From Sedimentisphaerales bacterium (lineage in GTDB: Bacteria > Planctomycetota > Phycisphaerae > Sedimentisphaerales > Anaerobacaceae): a DNA stretch of 64,000 nucleotides. The notes beneath the pieces were generated by a model that was given only the letters and a program-made list of their open reading frames with translations, was not told the origin of the DNA and searched no databases. The translations under genes were made by a program, and so were the position numbers. Below are positions 58,644 through 64,000 of this stretch, one piece after another. The stretch is taken from assembly GCA_963708075.1 (NCBI GenBank), contig OY970194.1:5152001-5216000 (forward strand), read 5' to 3'. Each line of letters begins with the position of its first letter. The first letter of the stretch is position 1.

Positions 58644-58979
58644 GCAGTAGCTGCGGTCGAACGAGAACGCACATGCGATACGCCTTTGGTTGCGGCCGAA
58701 GGCCGCGCCAAGTCCATCTGCGTTCATCTGCGGATGATGATCGGTAGTCGGTAGCCGGTTGGCGGTTGTCGGTTGAAACCCCTTGGTGTTTTTCTCCGTG
58801 GTCTCGGTGTCCTCCGTGGTTAAGAAAGCCTGGATTCCCGCGTTCGCGGGAATGACATTGTTGAAATCCGTGGTCATCCGCGTCAATCCGTGTCCAGGAA
58901 CAAGCGGTGTGCGAAGCACACCCTACCGGCTGTCGCCATTGCCGTGTCCTGACCCCTTATCGGCGTTCATCAGCGTTTA

Positions 58980-59873
58980 TCAGCGGTTCCGTTTTCTCGG
59001 TGTCCTCTGTGGCAATTTATTCGTCTTGCGTCTTGTCTTTGCCTTCTTACCTTTGGCCTTTTGCAGGGCGGCCGGTGTGCGGGCGAATGATGATTCGCCC
59101 CTACGCGGGTGTTGGACTCTTTTCCTGCCGGTGGATGTGCCTTTCTTATCTTCTTTCCTTCCTGCCTTCTTCCGTTCTTCCTCGCCGCCGGCGTAGACCT
59201 CCTTGCGGCGGTCGGGGGGCCATTCTTCGGGGAAGTTGAGATTGGCGAACTCGCCGAATAATTCCACCGCTTTGCGGTCGTAGGCGCGGGCGGCCTCGAT
59301 CTCATCCTTGTAATAGCCGAGCCAGATGTCCTTGCCCATGATCTTGATCTGGGCGTACCACTTGTGGCGGTCCTTCGAGTAGCCGACGCCTTTGTATTTG
59401 GATAGCGAGCCGCGCTTTTTGCGCTGGTTGCGCTGGTTCTCGTGGCGCAAACAGAGGCGCAGGTTCGGGCGGGTGTCGTCGAGCTTGTTGTGGTTGAAGT
59501 GGTCGACGATCTTGCCGGGCGGGGCCTGCAGGATCTGGCGATGCATGTAGACGATCTTTCCCTTCTCATTGCGTGCGGCGTATCCGTTCACCGAGGACCA
59601 GGTCCACCGGCTGAGCCAGTCGTAGTCGGCGGCGTCCACGTAGGCGTACAGGCCGTCGCCCAGCGGGATTCGCCGGGCGTCGCCTTCGGGCTCGGGCGGC
59701 CTGGGGCGATAGTTGCGGCAGGGGCCGCCGGAGGGTACGGGCCTCATCCGGCCGAGCGACTCCGGGTGGTTCGCACACGCCGGACGGCTCGCAAAACCCG
59801 TGACAAAGCCCTGCATCGTCTGGCATCGGTCCCAATACGCGTACACGCAATTGTGACAGTTCTCAGTCGCCAT
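58980..59873 (-). CDS. HNH endonuclease-AP2 domain protein with Cys-rich N-terminus
   Basis: AYVDAADY, MHRQIL...VDHFNHNKLDDTRPNLR (HNH_3-like), SKYKGV...WYAQI...LGYY..EIEAARAYD (AP2); N-terminal CxxC...C...C. Confidence 0.88.
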   Translation of the reverse strand: MATENCHNCVYAYWDRCQTMQGFVTGFASRPACANHPESLGRMRPVPSGGPCRNYRPRPPEPEGDARRIPLGDGLYAYVDAADYDWLSRWTWSSVNGYAARNEKGKIVYMHRQILQAPPGKIVDHFNHNKLDDTRPNLRLCLRHENQRNQRKKRGSLSKYKGVGYSKDRHKWYAQIKIMGKDIWLGYYKDEIEAARAYDRKAVELFGEFANLNFPEEWPPDRRKEVYAGGEEERKKAGRKEDKKGTSTGRKRVQHPRRGESSFARTPAALQKAKGKKAKTRRKTNKLPQRTPRKRNR

Positions 59874-59936
59874 GATCTCTCCCTTTCCATTGGTCCGCAA
59901 CGTCACTCGTCGGGCGCCCTTCGGCCCAACGTGACT

Positions 59937-59965
59937 ATGGTATAATCACCATAGGCGGTTGTCAA
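59937..59965 (-). promoter_or_regulatory. sigma70 promoter of the HNH-AP2 gene
   Basis: TTGACA, 17-bp spacer, TACCAT on the minus strand. Confidence 0.6.
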
Positions 59966-60194
59966 CCCAAAATCCGGCAGAAAATACTGTCACCGGAAGA
60001 ATCGGTGGGCAGAGCCCACCCTACCGGCTCCCGCCGCTGCCATGTCCCGGCTCCTTATCGGCGTTGATCGGCGTTCATCTGCGGTTTCATTGTTCTCGTG
60101 GTGAAGAGGTCCGCATGGGCTGAAGCCCATCCTACGCGCTCTATGCAGGAATGACATGTACAGGGGAGTTTTCGCGTGGTTCGCGGTTGCCCGG

Positions 60195-61067
60195 TCAGAA
60201 TACGATGGCGGCGTAGCCCACGGCGTCGCGACTTGTGGTGCCCATCCTGCTTTGCATGACTTCGTTGCTGGTCGTGTAGGCCAGAAGCCGGCCCTTGGCG
60301 GCGCCGAGCTTTCGGGCGGCGGCAATCGCGGCGGCGGCGGCGCCGGGCCCGCAGGCGTTGGCCTTCTCGATGGCCTCGGACAGCAGCCGCTCGGCGTCCA
60401 GGGATAGCGCCAGGTCGATGAACTGGCGGTCGTTGACGTTCGCCGCCCATTGCAGGCCGTCCGGGCCCCGGCCCATCGGGGTGAAGCCGTAGCGGGGGCC
60501 GTAATGGGTCAAATCCGTGGAGCCGATGCAGACCGCCATGCGGCCCTGGGCGGCGATCACTTCGGCGACGGCTTCGCCCAGCGCGATCGCCGTATCCACC
60601 GGAGGCGTGACAATCGGCACGAGCTTCGCCCCGGGGAACAGGTGCTGCACGAACGGGACCTGCACCTCCAGGCTGTGCTCATAGGTGTGGGCGTCGGCGT
60701 CTTTGACCACCACGTTTTTAGCGAGCAAGGCGTCGCGAAATTCGCGGTCGATGCCGATCTCGCCAAGCGGCGTGCGCCAGGAGTCGCTGTCATCGACGGC
60801 GGGCAGCGAGCCGAAGTAGCTGTGCGCGGTGCCGAAGATGATGAAGGTATCGACTGTCTCTCGCTGCTTTTTGACGGCCGCGAAGACCATGGCGGCCAGG
60901 TCCCCGCTGAAGGTCCAGCCGGCGTGCGGCACGATCCCGCCGACGATTCGCTCCGGCAGCGGCTCGACCACGGGACGCGACGCCAGGGCTTCCCGGATCT
61001 CCTCCAGGCAGCCTTCGCGACTGCCGGGGTAAAACTGCCCCGCAACCACCGGGTTTCGTGTCCGCAT
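60195..61067 (-). CDS. amrB: AmmeMemoRadiSam system protein B (MEMO1 family)
   Basis: VAGQFYP, VPHAGW.FSG, EHSLEVQVPF, STDLTHYG, ACG, VGYAAIVF. Confidence 0.92.
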   Translation of the reverse strand: MRTRNPVVAGQFYPGSREGCLEEIREALASRPVVEPLPERIVGGIVPHAGWTFSGDLAAMVFAAVKKQRETVDTFIIFGTAHSYFGSLPAVDDSDSWRTPLGEIGIDREFRDALLAKNVVVKDADAHTYEHSLEVQVPFVQHLFPGAKLVPIVTPPVDTAIALGEAVAEVIAAQGRMAVCIGSTDLTHYGPRYGFTPMGRGPDGLQWAANVNDRQFIDLALSLDAERLLSEAIEKANACGPGAAAAAIAAARKLGAAKGRLLAYTTSNEVMQSRMGTTSRDAVGYAAIVF

Positions 61068-61298
61068 ATCGTCACCTGTTCCCTTGCATCCGCGGCCCCG
61101 TGCCGCTATCATCCTGAAAGCCTCTGACGGAATGAGAGCGGCAGCCGCCCGCTGATATGTCGGTCCCGCAAGGGCGGGAATCCAGCACGTGCCGGATTCT
61201 CCCGGCCCCCGGCCGGCGCGGCGCGACATGGTGAAGCTCATTCGGTCGGAGCCGGTCAGCACCCGCATATATTGTACTTCACAGGGCAGGAAAGACAA

Positions 61299-61802
61299 AT
61301 GGCAAGTGAGAAAACGCCGCAAGTGGCCGTCGTGATGGGCTCCGACAGCGACCTGAAAGTGATGGAAAGCTGCATCGAGCAGTTGCGCGAGTTCGGCCTG
61401 ACGCCGGAGGTGCGGATCCTCTCGGCCCATCGCACGCCGCGAATCGCCGCCGAGTTTGCCGAGACCGCCGAGGGCCGCGGCATCCAGGTCATCATCGCCG
61501 CCGCCGGCATGGCCGCCCATCTTGCCGGCGCGATGGCCGCCTGGAGCATCCTGCCCATCATCGGCGTCCCCCTGGCCGCCGAGCCCGGCATAGGCGGACT
61601 CGACGCCCTGCTGAGCACGGTCCAAATGCCCCCCGGCGTCCCCGTCGCCACCGTCGCCATCGGCAAGCCCGGCGCCAAAAACGCCGCGATCTTAGCCGTC
61701 CAGATCCTGGCCCGCCGAGACCCCGCCCTCCGCGAAAAGCTCGTCGAATTCAAAGCCAACCAGGCCAAAGCCGTCCAACAAAAGGACGCCGCCCTGGGCT
61801 GA
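61299..61802 (+). CDS. purE: N5-carboxyaminoimidazole ribonucleotide mutase
   Basis: MGSDSD, SAHRTP, AGMAAHL, LSTVQMPPGVPVATV. Confidence 0.97.
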   Translation: MASEKTPQVAVVMGSDSDLKVMESCIEQLREFGLTPEVRILSAHRTPRIAAEFAETAEGRGIQVIIAAAGMAAHLAGAMAAWSILPIIGVPLAAEPGIGGLDALLSTVQMPPGVPVATVAIGKPGAKNAAILAVQILARRDPALREKLVEFKANQAKAVQQKDAALG

Positions 61803-62057
61803 GGACTCCTATCGACCCGGATTTCGCGGATTCACACAGATTTCAACTGACAACTGTCAACCAGGAACCGACAACTGGCGTCATCAAACCACGAAGGACG
61901 CGAGGAGCATGAGGTCACGGCACAGGCGACAGCCGGTCGGCTGGGCGCTGCCCACTGTTTTCTCGCACCGCCCAGAATGTGAAATGTGCAGGTCTGGTCC
62001 CCTCATCCGCTCCGGCTCATTCCGATCGCGGTCGTCACGCTCCTCACTGCCTCGCGG

Positions 62058-62705
62058 CTATCGAGTCGCTCTGCCCCTGGGTCCCTCATTCGGATACCTG
62101 TACCCATAAGCCGGGCGGTCATAGTTATAGTTGTAGTAGGGATAGGTGTAGCTCGGGTTGTAGTCCTGGGCGTAATAACCGTCGCGGGTGTCCGGGTTGT
62201 AGTGGTAACCCGTGTTGGGGTTGAAGTAGTATCCGGTCCTTGGATTGTACTGGCCGTAGCCGGGATTGTAGTACGGACGGCCCTCGTAATCGTTGTATCT
62301 ATTGTACGGATAGCCAAACGGCCACTTGGGCGAATAGTATTCGCCCCACCGGGATCCTTGATCCGGATAGGAGTATCCATACTCTACACCTACAAGGGAT
62401 AAGGGAAAGTATTCCTGCTCGCCGGATTCCTCGATCCACGATTCCTCCGCCTCATCGCTGCCTCTGTCTCCCTTGGCGATCAACGCGGCACCGAGGGTAC
62501 CCGTGGCGGACGGCTGTGCCTCTTTGAGCACCTGCCGGCACATCGGGCACTGTGCCGGCCACGTCGCCTGGATCTGCGGATGGCTCGGGCAGGCGTAGGA
62601 ACCGATCTTTCCCACCTCTGTCGGTGAATCCCACTGGCCCTGTGCATAGACCAGACATGCTCCTGAAACAAGTGCGAAGCTGGTGATTGTGATCAACATT
62701 CTCAT
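62058..62705 (-). CDS. Secreted protein with heavy-metal-binding domain and Tyr-rich tail
   Basis: Signal peptide, YACPSHPQI...CPMC motif, repeated YNP.TGY units; 3' end uncertain. Confidence 0.65.
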   Translation of the reverse strand: MRMLITITSFALVSGACLVYAQGQWDSPTEVGKIGSYACPSHPQIQATWPAQCPMCRQVLKEAQPSATGTLGAALIAKGDRGSDEAEESWIEESGEQEYFPLSLVGVEYGYSYPDQGSRWGEYYSPKWPFGYPYNRYNDYEGRPYYNPGYGQYNPRTGYYFNPNTGYHYNPDTRDGYYAQDYNPSYTYPYYNYNYDRPAYGYRYPNEGPRGRATR

Positions 62706-63041
62706 ATTGCTGCCCCTTGCCTGGCGTTACGGCGACTCTGTCTCGCCGAAATCCTGCTGTGTCGGCAAAGACTATTCGTCTAAGTACCCTACGATGCGGA
62801 CTATTATCTTCACCGGTAGGTAAAATGCGTGCTCGCCGACGGCAGATTGCCTACCGGCCCGGGCCGCGAGCGTCGAGTGCGGCAGATCGCGTAGATCAAA
62901 ATGGGGGGGTCAAAGGCGCCGAGTACTTTCCTGGTTGAATCGTCCATCCTATGGGAACTGTGGGCCTCTTACCGTCTTTCGTTCTTCCGTCGCATCTTTG
63001 CCCTCTGTATCCTCCGCCTTCGCGGAGGCAGGCACTCCGGG

Positions 63042-63436
63042 GGGTGTGGTCGGAATTCGGTGGCGGCGTGTAGCCACCGTGTGCGGACTGCGCCTCTTTC
63101 GTCCCTTACGGGACTGGCTTTTGTCCTCGGCCCCGGTTCCCCAGCGATCAATCGCTGGGCTATTCTCTGTCGCCCTGCGGGCTTGGACTGCGTCATGGCT
63201 GAGCTTCGTGATACTGCCAAATTGAAGGCTATCCTCTATTGCCCTTCGGGCTTGGACTTCGCTTCAGTCCTCTTGCGTCGGCCCGTCCGCCCCACGGGGG
63301 CGATCGACACTAGCCCACCGTTTCAACGGTGGGTACGATAGTCAATCCTATCTCAAAGCCCCGTAGGGGCGAAAGAAGACTGGGCTGCGCTCTTGTGTCG
63401 GCTGGAATCCGAATCCGCCACCGAATGCCGACCGCA
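63042..63436 (+). mobile_element. MITE, copy C, with an internal insertion/duplication of about 70 bp
   Basis: Matches copy A; extra segment at about 63190-63259 repeats GGCTAT...GCCCT.CGGGCTTGGACT; flanked by direct repeat GCAGGCACTCCGGGGG. Confidence 0.85.
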
Positions 63437-63544
63437 GGCACTCCGGGGGTATTCATTTTCGTCTATTGGCTCTCGTTGTCGGCCGATAGTATATGTAGTT
63501 GGCGTGCACAGAGATACGAAGACGTAGGAAGTTTGAGGGCCGGT

Positions 63545-64000
63545 ATGAACGTAGACCTTCATTATGGAACGGGGGTTGTCTCGCTGCGGGTGCCGGATCG
63601 GAATGTTCAGGAGATCATCCGGCCTTGGCAGGGGGAACAGACCCAGGATGCGGCGGCGGGGCTGCGGGAAACCGTGGGCGGGCAGGCCGGAGCGTTTCGG
63701 GAAGCAGTCGCGGGCAAGCGCGTGTGCGTCCTTGTCGATGATGGGACGCGCGACGAGCCGCTGGCGGATGTGCTGCCGCACCTGTGCGGCGTGCTGCGCG
63801 GGAGCGCCTCGGTGCAATTCCTGATCTGCACGGGGACACACACGGCCGATACGTCGAAGAATCGTCAGATCCGCGGCGAGATCGAGAAGACTAGCCGGGA
63901 CGCGGGTCTGACCCTCACGCGAATCCACGCTCATGACTGCAAGGCCGACAAAGTCATCGACGTCGGGCGCACGTCGCGGGGGACGCAAGTGCTCGTGAAT
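63545..64000 (+). CDS. Lactate racemase (LarA) N-terminal domain protein, partial
   Basis: Manual translation MNVDLHYG...VLVDDGTR...ICTGTH...HAHDC...GRTSRGTQVLVN; runs off the window end. Confidence 0.82.
   Translation, partial: MNVDLHYGTGVVSLRVPDRNVQEIIRPWQGEQTQDAAAGLRETVGGQAGAFREAVAGKRVCVLVDDGTRDEPLADVLPHLCGVLRGSASVQFLICTGTHTADTSKNRQIRGEIEKTSRDAGLTLTRIHAHDCKADKVIDVGRTSRGTQVLVN

Larger units (their letters stand above)
56758..58706 (-). mobile_element. Putative IS-like element with hairpin ends and no TIRs
   Basis: Single ORF, 3' hairpin at 56758-56806, structured 5' region at 58430-58643, terminal hairpin at 58692-58706; boundaries approximate. Confidence 0.55.

Overview
A 64-kb stretch of a GC-rich bacterial chromosome. 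The gene content (Tat-exported Gfo/Idh/MocA and aldo-keto reductases, PAP/PEP-CTERM-type proteins, a large discoidin/Fn3-repeat secreted protein) suggests a planctomycete, possibly Phycisphaerae; this is inference. Many genes carry isolated single-base frameshifts, most likely long-read assembly errors. The left half (1-34.7 kb) is mostly housekeeping, transport and secreted-protein genes (RND efflux operon, lgt, rmuC, nagB, PPIase, ECF sigma), interleaved with many palindromic REP-like repeats and a MITE family with shared terminal inverted repeats and ~8-bp target duplications. The right half (35-60 kb) is an accessory/defence region. It holds a type III RM system, a PLD-SNF2 helicase plus Eco57I-like methyltransferase, a lower-GC metallophosphoesterase/papain-like peptidase island, four toxin-antitoxin loci (three lacking an intact toxin) and an HNH-AP2 gene, separated by 7- and 9-bp-period repeat tracts. 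Two candidates for an undescribed system stand out. (1) A ~1.95-kb element (56.76-58.71 kb) encoding a ~510-aa protein with Rep_trans-like motifs and a C-terminal winged helix, with a highly structured ~280-nt leader, hairpins at both ends and no TIRs. (2) A conserved ~30-40-bp site that sits at one edge of three different defence cassettes. No rRNA, tRNA or CRISPR array was seen.
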